Source of the DNA: Actinomycetota bacterium
Lineage (GTDB): Bacteria; Actinomycetota; Actinomycetes; Propionibacteriales; Propionibacteriaceae
Assembly (NCBI GenBank): GCA_016213595.1
Contig: JACRAA010000041.1
Coordinates: forward strand, 1-35,969
Direction: 5' to 3'
DNA length: 35,969 bases
In this document: positions 8,188 to 17,979 of the stretch, piece after piece
Layout: every line of letters begins with the position of its first letter
Position numbering within the stretch: position 1 is the first letter of the stretch
Notes under the pieces: model-generated
Told to the model about the DNA's origin: nothing
The model's input: only the letters and a program-made list of their open reading frames with translations
Database searches by the model: none
Position numbers and translations under genes: made by a program

Positions 8188-8793
8188 ATGACGACTGATG
8201 TGGACTTCTGGTTCGACCCGCTCTGCCCCTGGGCCTGGATGGCCTCGCGGTGGATGCTCGAGGTCGAGAAGGTGCGGGATGTCTCCACCACCTTCCATGT
8301 CATGAGCCTCGCTGTGCTGAACTCCGGGCGGGACCTGTCCGACGACTACGTGCGGATGCTCGAGACCGAGGGCTGGATCGGGGTGAGGGCGTGCATCGCC
8401 GTCGAGCAGAGGTACGGCTCCGGCGCGCTGCGTGACTTCTACACCGCGCTGGGAACCCGCTACCACCTCGGCAAGGAGCCACGGAACGCGGAGACCGTAC
8501 GGGCAGCGCTGGCCGAGCTCGACCTCGACCCCGGGATCGCCGACGAAGCGCAGACCGACCAGTACGACGAAGCCGTCACTGCCTCACACCACGAAGGCAT
8601 GGGCCCGGTGGGGATGGATGTCGGCACCCCCGTCGTCCGCGTCAACGGGATGAGCCTCTTCGGGCCGGTCATCTCACCGGCACCCAAGGGCGAGGCCGCC
8701 GGCGACCTGTTCGACGGCTTCGTCAAGGTCACGGCGTACCCCGGGTTCTTCGAGCTCAAGCGGACCCGTACGGCAGACCCGATCTTCGACTGA
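8188..8793 (+). CDS. DsbA-like thioredoxin-fold protein, Rv2466c (mycoredoxin-2 / mycothiol-dependent nitroreductase) homologue
   Basis: [26 protein letters not shown]...[10 protein letters not shown]...GTPVVRVNG...FFELKRTRT aligns along its length with my recollection of Rv2466c. The active site reads CPWA instead of CPWC. Confidence 0.8.
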   Translation: MTTDVDFWFDPLCPWAWMASRWMLEVEKVRDVSTTFHVMSLAVLNSGRDLSDDYVRMLETEGWIGVRACIAVEQRYGSGALRDFYTALGTRYHLGKEPRNAETVRAALAELDLDPGIADEAQTDQYDEAVTASHHEGMGPVGMDVGTPVVRVNGMSLFGPVISPAPKGEAAGDLFDGFVKVTAYPGFFELKRTRTADPIFD

Positions 8794-8849
8794 CTCGCGG
8801 CGTCTGGGGCCGGCCCGGAGGTAGCGGGGCGTGGGCCAGATCGATTATG

Positions 8850-8865
8850 TTGTGGACGTCACCAA
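8850..8865. promoter_or_regulatory. Imperfect 16-bp palindrome TTGTGGACGTCACCAA upstream of xylA; candidate operator
   Basis: 6 of 8 symmetric pairs around a GACGTC core, in the only AT-enriched patch of the intergenic region, 34 nt upstream of the xylA ATG. Confidence 0.3.
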
Positions 8866-8898
8866 TTTACGGCCGTCACTCAACGAAGGAGCCACGGG

Positions 8899-10086
8899 AT
8901 GCCCACTGCTACCCACGAGGACAAGTTCAGCTTCGGTCTGTGGACCGTCGGGTGGGAGGCAGCGGACCCCTTCGGGCCGACGACGCGTCCCCATCTCGAC
9001 CCGATCGAGAGCGTGTACAAGCTGGCCGAGATCGGCGCGTACGGCGTGACGTTCCACGACGACGACCTCGTCCCGTTCGGCACGCCGGCCGCCGAGCGCG
9101 ACCAGATCATCGCCGCGTTCCGGAAGGCGCTGGACGAGACCGGTCTCATCGTCCCGATGGTCACGACCAACACGTTCTCGCACCCCGTCTTCAAGGACGG
9201 CGCGTTCACCTCGAACCGCCGTGAGGTCCGTCGGTACGGGCTGCGCAAGGTCATCCGCCAGGTCGACCTGGCCGCCGAGCTCGGCGCCACGACGTTCGTC
9301 ATGTGGGGCGGGCGCGAAGGCGCCGAGTACGACGGCGCGAAGGACCACGCGGCGATGCTCGACCGCTACCGCGAGGGCATCGACACGGTCGCGGCGTACA
9401 TCAAGGAGAAGGGCTACGACCTCCGCATCGCCATCGAGCCCAAGCCCAACGAGCCGCGCGGCGACATCCTGCTGCCGACGGTCGGCCACGCGCTGGGGTT
9501 CATCGCCACGCTGGAGCACGGTGACATCGTCGGGCTCAACCCCGAGGTCGGCCACGAGCAGATGGCGGGCCTCAACTACACCGCGGGCATCGCCCAGGCG
9601 CTGTGGTCGGGCAAGCTGTTCCACATCGACCTGAACGGCCAGCACGGACCCAAGTACGACCAGGACCTGGTGTTCGGGCACGGCGACCTCACCTCGGCCT
9701 TCTTCACGGTCGACCTGCTGGAGAACGGGTTCCCCAACGGCGGCCCGACCTACACGGGCCCGCGGCACTTCGACTACAAGCCCTCTCGCACCGAGGACGT
9801 CGAGGGCGTGTGGGTCTCCGCCGCCGCGAACATCCAGACGTACCTGCTGCTGAAGGAGCGGGCCCTCGCGTTCCGCGCCGACCCCGAGGTCCAGGAGGCG
9901 ATGGCTGCCTCCGGCATCTTCGAGCTCGGCGAGCCCACACTGGGCGAGGGTGAGACGGTCGCCGACCTCATCGCCTCCGGTCCCCAGGACTTCGCCGACA
10001 TCGACGTCACCGAGCTCGGCGAGAAGGGGTACGGGCACGTCCGCCTGAACCAGCTGGCCATCGAGCACATCCTCGGCGCTCGCTGA
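8899..10086 (+). CDS. xylA: Xylose isomerase (actinobacterial class I, about 395 aa)
   Basis: [11 protein letters not shown]...[10 protein letters not shown]...[10 protein letters not shown] motifs. SD GAAGGAG lies upstream. Confidence 0.95.
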   Translation: MPTATHEDKFSFGLWTVGWEAADPFGPTTRPHLDPIESVYKLAEIGAYGVTFHDDDLVPFGTPAAERDQIIAAFRKALDETGLIVPMVTTNTFSHPVFKDGAFTSNRREVRRYGLRKVIRQVDLAAELGATTFVMWGGREGAEYDGAKDHAAMLDRYREGIDTVAAYIKEKGYDLRIAIEPKPNEPRGDILLPTVGHALGFIATLEHGDIVGLNPEVGHEQMAGLNYTAGIAQALWSGKLFHIDLNGQHGPKYDQDLVFGHGDLTSAFFTVDLLENGFPNGGPTYTGPRHFDYKPSRTEDVEGVWVSAAANIQTYLLLKERALAFRADPEVQEAMAASGIFELGEPTLGEGETVADLIASGPQDFADIDVTELGEKGYGHVRLNQLAIEHILGAR

Positions 10087-11510
10087 TGCCTCTCGTCGCC
10101 GGGGTGGACACGTCCACCCAGTCCTGCAAGGTCGTCGTCTGCGACGCCGAGACGGGTGAGGTGGTGCGGCAGGGCCGTGCGACCCACCCGGACGGGACGG
10201 AGGTCGCCCCGGCGCACTGGTGGCACGCCCTGCAGTCGGCGCTCGCGGAGGCGGGAGGCCTGGACGACGTCGCGGCGGTCTCCGTCGGAGGCCAGCAGCA
10301 CGGCATGGTGGCGCTCGACGAGAAGGGCGAGGTCGTCCGCGACGCGCTGCTCTGGAACGACACCCGTTCGGCCGCAGCCGCCGCGGAGCTGGTCTCCGAG
10401 CTCGGCCCCGACCACTGGGCCGCGGTGACCGGGTCGGTCCCCGTCGCCTCGTACACCGTGACCAAGCTGCGCTGGCTGCGCGACGCCGAGCCGACCCACG
10501 CCTCCCGGGTGGCGGCGGTCGCCCTGCCGCATGACTGGGTCTCCTGGCGTCTCGCCGGCTACGGCCCGGCGGCCGACTCTCCGCTCGGTCCGGACCTCGC
10601 CGCGCTCGCCACCGACCGGTCGGACGCCTCCGGGACCGGGTACTTCGACGCGACGACGAACACGTACGACCGTGACCTGCTCGTCCGTGCGCTCGGTCAC
10701 GACGTCGTGCTGCCCCGCGTCGCCTCGCCGGCGGAGGTCATCGGCACCGTCTACGGAACGGCCTGCCCGATCGGCCCTGGCGCCGGGGACAACGCCGCGG
10801 CCGCGCTCGGGCTGGGTCTCGGGGTGGGCGACGTCTCGCTGTCGCTCGGCACCTCCGGTGTGGTCGCCGCGGTGACGGCCGTACAGAGCCACGACCGGTC
10901 CGGCCTCGTCAGCGGCTTCGCGGACGCGACCGGCCACTTCCTGCCCCTCGCGTGCACGCTCAACGCCGCGAGGGTCCTCGATGCGGCCGCCGAGCTCCTC
11001 GACGTCGACCTTGACGAGCTGTCCGACCTCGCGCTGTCGGCCCCCTCAGGTGCGGGCGGGCTCGTGCTCGTCCCGTACCTGGAGGGCGAGCGGACGCCGA
11101 ACCTGCCCGACGCGACCGGCTCACTGCACGGGCTCCGGCTCGAGACGGCCTCTCGCGCGTACCTGGCGCGGGCGTTCGTCGAGGGGCTGCTGTGCGGACA
11201 GGCGGACGGGCTCGCGGCGCTCGAGAGCCAGGGGCTCGTGGCGACCCGGGTCCTCCTCGTGGGCGGGGCCGCGAAGTCGCGCGCCGTGCGCGAGATCGCG
11301 CCCCGGGTGCTCGGCGTCCCGGTGGTCGTGCCGTCGCCCGGCGAGTACGTCGCGCTAGGCGCGGCGAGGCAGGCCGCCTGGGTTCTCGCGGGAACGGCCG
11401 AGCCTCCCTCGTGGCGGCGGGCGGAGGAGGAACACTACGACGGAGCGATCGACCAGGCGCTGCGCAGCCGCTACGCCTCGGCGCGCAGCTCCTTCCTCGC
11501 CCGACCCTGA
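10086..11510 (+). CDS. xylB: Xylulokinase
   Basis: FGGY kinase N-terminus [18 protein letters not shown], then GGQQHGMV and [11 protein letters not shown]. The ATG overlaps the xylA stop (TGATG). Confidence 0.9.
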   Translation: MPLVAGVDTSTQSCKVVVCDAETGEVVRQGRATHPDGTEVAPAHWWHALQSALAEAGGLDDVAAVSVGGQQHGMVALDEKGEVVRDALLWNDTRSAAAAAELVSELGPDHWAAVTGSVPVASYTVTKLRWLRDAEPTHASRVAAVALPHDWVSWRLAGYGPAADSPLGPDLAALATDRSDASGTGYFDATTNTYDRDLLVRALGHDVVLPRVASPAEVIGTVYGTACPIGPGAGDNAAAALGLGLGVGDVSLSLGTSGVVAAVTAVQSHDRSGLVSGFADATGHFLPLACTLNAARVLDAAAELLDVDLDELSDLALSAPSGAGGLVLVPYLEGERTPNLPDATGSLHGLRLETASRAYLARAFVEGLLCGQADGLAALESQGLVATRVLLVGGAAKSRAVREIAPRVLGVPVVVPSPGEYVALGAARQAAWVLAGTAEPPSWRRAEEEHYDGAIDQALRSRYASARSSFLARP

Positions 11511-11520
11511 AGGGACCGCC

Positions 11521-12462
11521 ATGGAGAAGGTGCGCATCGGCACCGGTGCTGTGACCGCCGAGATCTGGACGCTGGGAGCTGCTCTCAACGCCGTCTGGGT
11601 CCCGGACCGGGACGGCACGCCTGCCGATGTCGTGCTCGGACATGCCGACGAGGCGGCACGGCGGGCCGGGACGGCCTACCTGGGCGAGGTGGTCGGCCCG
11701 TACGGGAACCGCATCCGCGATGCGCGGTTCACGCTCGACGGACGGTCGTACCAGCTGGAGCAGAACTTCCTCGGGAGGCACTCGCTGCACTCGGGCAGCG
11801 CAGGCTTCCACCGTCAGGAGTGGACACTGGCCGATGTCGCTCCCGACCAGGTACGCCTCGAGCTCACCTGGTCCGACGTGACCGGCGAGCACCCAGGTCC
11901 GGTCCACGCAGCCGTCACCTACACGGCGGCGGGCGACACCCTGGCGTACGACATCGACGTGACCACCGACGTACCGACGGTCGTCAACGTCATCGCCCAC
12001 CCCTACGTCAACCTTGCCGGGGGCGGCACAGTCGAGGACCACGTGCTGAGCATCGACGCCGACGCGTACCTCCCTGTCGACGACGAGCTCATCCCCACCA
12101 CCGAGGCGCCTGCCCCGGTCGCGGGCAGGTTCGACCTTCGCCGGGGCCGGACAGTCGCCGACATCGTCGCCCAGGGCGGCCTCGACCACTGCTTCGTCCT
12201 CAACGGGACGGGACTGCGCCACGTCGCCTCGCTGGTGGACCCCTCGTCGGGGCGGCGCCTGGACATCGCCACCGACGAGCCGGGACTGCAGGTCTTCGAC
12301 GGCAGGGGACTCGACGCCGTCGGTCACCGTGCGTACGGCGGACTGGCCATGGAGACCCAGCAGTTCCCCGACGCCCCGAACCGTCCGGACTTCCCCAGCA
12401 CCGTGCTGCGGCCCGGCGAGCGCCGCACGTCGCACACGCTCTGGACCTTCTCCGCCGGCTGA
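11521..12462 (+). CDS. galM: Aldose 1-epimerase (galactose mutarotase family)
   Basis: GNRIRDARFTLDGRSYQLEQN, HSGSAGFHRQEW, HPYVNL, LDHCF and AMETQQFPDAPN are typical mutarotase motifs. Confidence 0.85.
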   Translation: MEKVRIGTGAVTAEIWTLGAALNAVWVPDRDGTPADVVLGHADEAARRAGTAYLGEVVGPYGNRIRDARFTLDGRSYQLEQNFLGRHSLHSGSAGFHRQEWTLADVAPDQVRLELTWSDVTGEHPGPVHAAVTYTAAGDTLAYDIDVTTDVPTVVNVIAHPYVNLAGGGTVEDHVLSIDADAYLPVDDELIPTTEAPAPVAGRFDLRRGRTVADIVAQGGLDHCFVLNGTGLRHVASLVDPSSGRRLDIATDEPGLQVFDGRGLDAVGHRAYGGLAMETQQFPDAPNRPDFPSTVLRPGERRTSHTLWTFSAG

Positions 12463-12517
12463 CGACTCCTGCCCGGACCAGGTGCAGCGGACAGCCCCAC
12501 CTGACAGGATGTGACGC

Positions 12518-12982
12518 ATGCGCGTACACATCGCTACCGATCACGCCGCCTTCGAAACCAAGCAGTTCCTCGTGGAGTCGCTGCGGGCCAAGGGCTACGA
12601 GATCGTCGACCACGGCGCGGCCACCCTGGACCCTGATGACGACTACCCGGCCACGGTCATCCCGTGCGCGGAGGCTGTACGGGACGACCCGGGCTCGCTC
12701 GGCGTCGTCCTGGGCGGGTCCGGCAACGGCGAGCAGATGGCCGCGAACAAGGTCAAGGGGATCCGGGCCGCGCTCGCGTACGACGTGACGACCGCACAGC
12801 TCGCCCGTGAGCACAACGACGCCCATGTCGTCGCCCTCGGCGGCCGGATGCACACGCTGCCGGAGGCGCTCGGCATCGTGCTGGTGTTCCTCGAGACGCC
12901 GTTCTCGCAGGACGCTCGCCACCAGCGCCGGATCGACCTCATCTCCGGCTACGAGAGCAGCGGCGAGGTCAGGCCTGTGTGA
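12518..12982 (+). CDS. rpiB: Ribose-5-phosphate isomerase B
   Basis: MRVHIATDHAAFE...GGSGNGEQMAANKVKGIRAAL...EHNDAHVVALGGR matches the RpiB/LacAB family. 154 aa. Confidence 0.9.
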   Translation: MRVHIATDHAAFETKQFLVESLRAKGYEIVDHGAATLDPDDDYPATVIPCAEAVRDDPGSLGVVLGGSGNGEQMAANKVKGIRAALAYDVTTAQLAREHNDAHVVALGGRMHTLPEALGIVLVFLETPFSQDARHQRRIDLISGYESSGEVRPV

Positions 12983-13148
12983 CCCGTCCGATCCGACGAC
13001 GGACGATCTTGGCAGCCAGCTGAGCGGCTCGGGCAAGCTGTTCAGGGTCAGGACGTGAGACGTCGCGGGCACGGACGGCCCGGCCCATGGACACCAGTCC
13101 CGAGATGCCGTCGCGGCCGAAGCGCTGCTCCGGCTCCTGGGCTGACAT
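12969..13148 (-). CDS. Possible small ORF (59 aa), below the ORF-track cutoff, between rpiB and nei
   Basis: By hand the reverse strand translates as MSAQEPEQRFGRDGISGLVSMGRAVRARDVSRPDPEQLARAAQLAAKIVRRRIGRVTQA. GC3 is about 72%, high in the first half. There is no clear SD, and the 3' end overlaps the rpiB stop region by 14 nt. Confidence 0.25.
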   Translation of the reverse strand: MSAQEPEQRFGRDGISGLVSMGRAVRARDVSRPDPEQLARAAQLAAKIVRRRIGRVTQA

Positions 13149-13209
13149 GGCTGAGAGCGTACGTCCCTGTGGGCCCGGACGCCTAGGCTGGCGCCGGAAA
13201 GGGGGCAGC

Positions 13210-14097
13210 GTGCCGGAGGGACATCACATCCACCGTCTCGCGCTCGACCTCGAGAGGGCGTACGGAGCGCGTCCGGTGCGGGTGTCGAGCCCGCAGGGAC
13301 GGTTCGCCGAGGCAGCGGAGCTGCTCGACGGCGCGGTCCTCGAGAGGGCCTGGGCGGTGGGGAAGCACCTGTTCATCCAGTTCACCGGCGACCGCGTCGT
13401 CCACGTCCACCTCGGCCTGATCGGCAAGCTTCGCCCCTTCCCCTGGCCCGGCGGTCCCGGACAGGTGCGGCTGCGTGTCGGGACGCCCGACGCCGGTGTC
13501 CACGACCTGTCCGGCCCGCAGACCTGCGAGCTCATCTCCCCGGAGGAAGCCGCGGCCGTCGCCGCCGCCTCGGGTCCCGACCCGCTCGACCCGGCGTCCG
13601 ACCGGGAACGCGCGTGGGCCCGCCTGCACCGGTCGAGCAAGACAGTGGCGGCACTGCTCATGGACCAGTCGATCTTCGCGGGCGTCGGCAACATCTACCG
13701 CGCGGAGGTGCTGTTCCGCGCCGGCGTCGACCCGTTCCTCCCCGGAAGGCGGCTGCCGCGTCCGACGTTCGACGCCATGTGGTCCGACCTCGTCGCGCTC
13801 ATGCCCCAGGGGGTCATCGACGACCGGATCGACACGGTACGGTTCGAGCACAGCCCTGAGGCCACGGGCCGGGCGCCCCGGGTCGACCGGCACGGCGGCG
13901 AGGTCTACGTGTACCGCCGGCACGAGCAGGGGTGCCTCGTGTGCGGAACGCCGGTTCGCCTCGAGCTCCACGCCGCGCGCAACCTGTACTGGTGCCCCCG
14001 CTGCCAGCCGGCCGGGGCCGACGGGACGACGAGACGCCGCCCGCGGTCGAGGAAGGTGGCCCCACAGCAGGCCTCCGGCGGGACCACCCGGAGCTGA
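13210..14097 (+). CDS. nei: Fpg/Nei family DNA glycosylase (endonuclease VIII-like)
   Basis: Start set at GTG 13210, so the protein begins (M)PEGHHIHR, the catalytic N-terminal Pro-Glu of the family. H2TH region GVGNIYRAEVLF. C-terminal zinc finger CLVCGTPV...CPRCQ. Confidence 0.85.
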   Translation: MPEGHHIHRLALDLERAYGARPVRVSSPQGRFAEAAELLDGAVLERAWAVGKHLFIQFTGDRVVHVHLGLIGKLRPFPWPGGPGQVRLRVGTPDAGVHDLSGPQTCELISPEEAAAVAAASGPDPLDPASDRERAWARLHRSSKTVAALLMDQSIFAGVGNIYRAEVLFRAGVDPFLPGRRLPRPTFDAMWSDLVALMPQGVIDDRIDTVRFEHSPEATGRAPRVDRHGGEVYVYRRHEQGCLVCGTPVRLELHAARNLYWCPRCQPAGADGTTRRRPRSRKVAPQQASGGTTRS

Positions 14098-14172
14098 CCG
14101 ACTTCACCTCGTCACTCGTCAACACCTGGCTCGTCCGGGACGGATCCCGGGTGGCGCGGCTAGCGTGGCCTC

Positions 14173-15000
14173 ATGACACTTGACGCCGCGCGCGAGGTCC
14201 GTACAGCCCGGTCTGTCGCCGAGGTGTACGACTACGGCGCCCACGTGTGGTCCTGGCAGCTGGACGGGCAGCCGGTGCTGTGGACCAGTGCCGAGTCCAT
14301 GTCCGAGCCGGGCAAGCCGCTGCGCGGCGGCGTCCCCATCTGCTGGCCGTGGTTCGGCCCCGGTCGCAGCGGCGACCGCACCCCGGCCCACGGGTTGGCG
14401 AGGATCAACACCTGGACCTTCACTCGTCTGCAGGAGACGTCCCAGGGGACTCTCCTGAGCTACCGGCTCACTGCCCAGGACGTGCCGAACGCATTGCCCG
14501 GCAGCGACTGGGTGGCCACGTACGAGGTCACTGTCGCCGACCACCTCGAGCTCGCGCTCACTATCGAGAACACCGGCTCGACGCCGTTCTCGTACGAGGT
14601 CGCGCTGCACACCTACCTCACCGTCGGCGACGTGCGGCAGGTCACTGTGGCCGGGCTCGACGGCGCGTCGTACCTGGACAAGGTCACCGGGCGGCATGAG
14701 CAGCAGGGCGGCGACATCACCATCACGGGGGAGACCGACCGGGTGTACGACCACGGTGGGGAGATCGTCGTGAGCGACCCTCTCCTGGGCCGTCGACTCC
14801 TTATCCGCGCCGAGGGTGCCGCCAACACGGTCGTCTGGAACCCCTGGGTGGCCAAGTCCGCAGCCATGCCCGACTTCGGCGACGACGAGTGGACGGGCAT
14901 GCTCTGCGTCGAGGCCGGGAACGTGCTGGAGCATGCTGTCACCCTGCCCGTCGGAGCGTCGGCAACCGTCCGGTACCGTCTGTCCACGGAGACCTCGTAA
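14173..15000 (+). CDS. D-hexose-6-phosphate mutarotase (YeaD-like aldose epimerase family)
   Basis: PLRGGVPICWPWFGP, HGLARINTW, ALHTYL, DRVY and NPW motifs. Confidence 0.8.
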   Translation: MTLDAAREVRTARSVAEVYDYGAHVWSWQLDGQPVLWTSAESMSEPGKPLRGGVPICWPWFGPGRSGDRTPAHGLARINTWTFTRLQETSQGTLLSYRLTAQDVPNALPGSDWVATYEVTVADHLELALTIENTGSTPFSYEVALHTYLTVGDVRQVTVAGLDGASYLDKVTGRHEQQGGDITITGETDRVYDHGGEIVVSDPLLGRRLLIRAEGAANTVVWNPWVAKSAAMPDFGDDEWTGMLCVEAGNVLEHAVTLPVGASATVRYRLSTETS

Positions 15001-15038
15001 TCGTTTTCATCGTTTCGGTAACAATTCATGCACGATCC

Positions 15039-15054
15039 TGGCAAGCGCTTGCAA
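15039..15054. promoter_or_regulatory. Candidate LacI-family operator TGGCAAGCGCTTGCAA (perfect 12-bp palindrome GCAAGCGCTTGC)
   Basis: The perfect palindrome lies at 15041-15052 in an AT-enriched intergenic region, 74 nt upstream of the solute-binding protein start. It has the CG-centred TTGC/GCAA shape typical of LacI/GalR operators. Confidence 0.5.
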
Positions 15055-15127
15055 AGCGTGGTCCAGGGCGAATTCACCTCGTACTATCTGCCCCGAAGGG
15101 GTACCTCGAACATCACACGGAGGATCA

Positions 15128-16432
15128 ATGACGACCCGCAGAACCTTCATAGCAGGAGCCGCCGCCACTGCGTCCGCTGCCGCCTTGGCCGCATGCAGCT
15201 CCAAGGCCGGCCCCGCTGCCGCACCGACCGCGGATGACACCAGCCCTGTCACCCTGCGCTTCGCGTGGTGGGGCAACGATGTCCGCAACAAGAACACCGC
15301 CCAGGTCATCTCGGACTACATGAAGCTCCACCCGAACGTCACGATCACGGGCGAGCCGGGCGTCTGGACGAGCTACTGGGACAAGCTGTCGACCCAGGTC
15401 GCCGGCAACACCGCTCCCGACATCGTCCAGATGGACGAGCAGTACATCCGCGACTACTCCAAGAAGGGTGTGCTCGCCGACCTCAGCAAGCTCCCCATCG
15501 ACACGAGCAAGTTCGCCAAGGGCCTCATCGCCACCGGGACCATCGACAACAAGGTGACGGCGCTCTGCGCGGGCGTCAACGCCCTGTCGCTCGTCGCGAA
15601 CCCCGCCCTGTTCCAGAAGGCAGGCGTCGCACTCCCCGACGACAAGACCTGGACCTGGGACTCGCTGCAGTCGCTGGCCTCGGACCTCACCAACAAGCTG
15701 GGCGCCGGCCACTACGGCATCAACGGCGGTCTCTTCGGCGACTCCGTGGCCCGCGCGTGGATGTTCCAGAAGGGCAAGACGCTCTTCACGGAGACCGGCT
15801 TCGGCTGGCAGCCGGCGGACATGCAGTCGTTCTTCGAGCTCATGGTCAAGTACCAGTCGGCGAAGGCGATCCCGTCCGCAGCCGAGAACGCGCAGGACTA
15901 CAGCACCGCTCTGGCCCAGCAGATGTTCGGCACCGGCAAGGTCGCCATGGTTCTCACGTGGTCCAACCAGATCGCAGCCCAGCAGGCCGCGGTCGGCCAG
16001 GACTGCAAGATCCTGCGGCTGCCGTCCCAGACCGGCAAGGCCAAGGACGCCGACCTCTGGTACAAGTCGGGCCAGTACCAGTCGATCACCACGAAGTCGA
16101 AGAACCAGGTCGCTGCCGCGAAGTTCCTGGACTACTACTTCAACAACATGGATGCCGGCAAGGTCATGCTGGCCGAGCGCGGTCTGCCGCCGAACACGGA
16201 CATCCTCAACGCGATCAAGCCCCAGCTGGGTAACGCCGACCAGAAGGCCGCCACGTACATGAGCGACATCGCCGGAGAGCTCCACGACCCGCCGGTACCG
16301 CCGCCCCCGGGCGCCTCGACGTTCCAGACGATCATGGAGCGGTACGTGGAGAACGTGCAGTTCGGTCGTCAGTCGCCGGCCGAGGCTGCGCAGAAGCTGT
16401 ACGACGAGGCGAAGGGCCAGCTCAAGTCCTGA
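15128..16432 (+). CDS. ABC transporter sugar-binding lipoprotein (extracellular solute-binding family 1)
   Basis: MTTRRTFIAGAAATASAAALAACSS gives a Tat-like motif plus a lipobox. SD GGAGGA lies at 15119-15124. No permease or ATPase gene is adjacent. Confidence 0.85.
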   Translation: MTTRRTFIAGAAATASAAALAACSSKAGPAAAPTADDTSPVTLRFAWWGNDVRNKNTAQVISDYMKLHPNVTITGEPGVWTSYWDKLSTQVAGNTAPDIVQMDEQYIRDYSKKGVLADLSKLPIDTSKFAKGLIATGTIDNKVTALCAGVNALSLVANPALFQKAGVALPDDKTWTWDSLQSLASDLTNKLGAGHYGINGGLFGDSVARAWMFQKGKTLFTETGFGWQPADMQSFFELMVKYQSAKAIPSAAENAQDYSTALAQQMFGTGKVAMVLTWSNQIAAQQAAVGQDCKILRLPSQTGKAKDADLWYKSGQYQSITTKSKNQVAAAKFLDYYFNNMDAGKVMLAERGLPPNTDILNAIKPQLGNADQKAATYMSDIAGELHDPPVPPPPGASTFQTIMERYVENVQFGRQSPAEAAQKLYDEAKGQLKS

Positions 16433-16454
16433 CCCCTGGTCCGAGTGTCGTGTG

Positions 16455-16486
16455 AAGGCGTGGGGCTTCGGCTCCACGCCTTTACG
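16455..16486 (+). terminator. Rho-independent terminator of the solute-binding protein gene
   Basis: AAGGCGTGG (16455-16463) pairs with CCACGCCTT (16475-16483). There are inner GC pairs and a TTCG loop, and the stem runs into TTT (16481-16483) followed by A. Confidence 0.75.
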
Positions 16487-16605
16487 CTGTCCGGACAGGG
16501 AGGGTCAGGACAGGGGAGGGTGAGACGATAGCTTCGCTACATCCGGGGTCGGCGGCCGACGGGCCGGTACGGCCGGACCACGTCGCCCCATGGGTCGACG
16601 TCCTG

Positions 16606-17979
16606 TTGCCGCAGCATGCCCTCGCCCCCGACGGCTCCGACCCCCTCGAGTGGGAGTCGCGGACGACGAGTGACGAGGACGAGGTCGAGACCGAGTACTG
16701 GGCCGGACCGCTCCGCGCGGTCGTACAGCACTCCGTCTCGGAGACGACGTGGCGGGTGCGGGCCAGCGTCGTGAACACGGGCACGGAGCCCGTCTCGGTG
16801 TCGGGAGCGCGTCTCACGGTCGCCCCGGGCGAGGGCCAGGCCTGGGCCTGGGCTGCGGGGGCGGCAGGCCTGCTCGCCGTGGATCCGGGCAGCGCCGGAG
16901 TGTGGGCGCTGTCGCTACGCCGCGGCTCGCTCACCCGCTCGGGGAACGAGGTGGTGTGGCTCCCGGCAGGGACGACCGTCCAACCCGCCCGGCGGGTCAC
17001 CGTCGAGCTTGCCGGTCGCAGGTGTGGCGGCTGGCGCGAGGTGGCCTCGATGCTTCCCGCCTGGGTTCCGGTGCTCGCTGTACGTGGTGACGAGCCGGTC
17101 GACCTCGCGCTCCCGGACGCCGGTGTCGTCGCTCCTGGGTGCGCGATCGCGGAGGCGCCGGACGGGACCGAGATCCGCGGCTCGGGCATGCAGCGGGTCA
17201 GCGTGCGGGGCGCCTTCGGCGAGGTACGGCTCGAGCTCGCCTTCGCCCCGACGATGGGCGACGCCGTCGACGGCGCAGTACGCCAGATCGTCGGGCTCCT
17301 TCAGGAGGAGACCGGCGACCCGGAGCCGGTCGCCCGGGCAGATCCGGCTGGAGCCTCTGCCGACCTCGACCGTACGGCCCGACGTCTCCTCGTGCTGCAG
17401 GCGGGACACGCTCACGACGCCGCGGATGTCGTCGCGGCCCGGCTCGTCCCGGACGTCATCGACCTCGTCCGGACGGGTGGTGGCGCCGGCCCCTTCGTGG
17501 TCGCCGCGCTTGCCGGCGAGGTGCAGCGGCGGGACGACCCGCGCGCGCTGCAGGCACTGGTCGACGCCCTCCACCAGCTGGGTGGCGGGCCCGGCGTGGT
17601 CGTGGCGCTGACGCGGGTCTGGGCGGCGCTGTGGGGACTCGGGCGGGACCCTGAGCCCGTACGCCAGGCACTCGCCCGCGTGTCCGCCCTCCCCGCGCTC
17701 ACGAGACTGGAAGTCATCGAGCGCTCGCTGCTGACCGGTGACCGGGACGCGGTCGCGCGCCTGCACGCCGCCCTCGGTGGTGGGCTGCCGGGTGAGGCGC
17801 TCCCGGCCTGGGAGCCGTGGGAGGCCGCCTACGCGGTCGCCCTGACGTCGCTGCTCGCCGACGAGGACTCTGCCGCACCCGCTGTCGCACAGGCCGGGGA
17901 GCTCGTCGCCCGACGGCTCACCGCCGCGCACGCCGACGACCCGGACGTGCTCGCGTGGCTGCTGCTAGGGGAGCGGTAA
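16606..17979 (+). CDS. Hypothetical protein (457 aa), no family recognised
   Basis: Strong GC3 bias in this frame. The N-terminal half looks beta-rich (VVNTGTEPVSVSGARLTVAPGEG) and the C-terminal half is Ala/Leu-rich and helical. The TTG start is uncertain. The 3' end overlaps the convergent GNAT gene by 15 nt. Confidence 0.55.
   Translation: MPQHALAPDGSDPLEWESRTTSDEDEVETEYWAGPLRAVVQHSVSETTWRVRASVVNTGTEPVSVSGARLTVAPGEGQAWAWAAGAAGLLAVDPGSAGVWALSLRRGSLTRSGNEVVWLPAGTTVQPARRVTVELAGRRCGGWREVASMLPAWVPVLAVRGDEPVDLALPDAGVVAPGCAIAEAPDGTEIRGSGMQRVSVRGAFGEVRLELAFAPTMGDAVDGAVRQIVGLLQEETGDPEPVARADPAGASADLDRTARRLLVLQAGHAHDAADVVAARLVPDVIDLVRTGGGAGPFVVAALAGEVQRRDDPRALQALVDALHQLGGGPGVVVALTRVWAALWGLGRDPEPVRQALARVSALPALTRLEVIERSLLTGDRDAVARLHAALGGGLPGEALPAWEPWEAAYAVALTSLLADEDSAAPAVAQAGELVARRLTAAHADDPDVLAWLLLGER

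Noticed and set aside
13087-13209. Upstream N-terminal extensions in the ORF track. Examples: nei from 13087, uxaC from 3256, reductase from 4454, binding protein from 14816, secreted protein to 21236, GT2 to 28086, YcgG-like to 29023.
   Set aside because: The extensions lack coding character and family similarity. Downstream starts with SD sequences reproduce the canonical N-termini (PEGH for Nei, MPALTL for UxaC, signal peptides for the secreted proteins).
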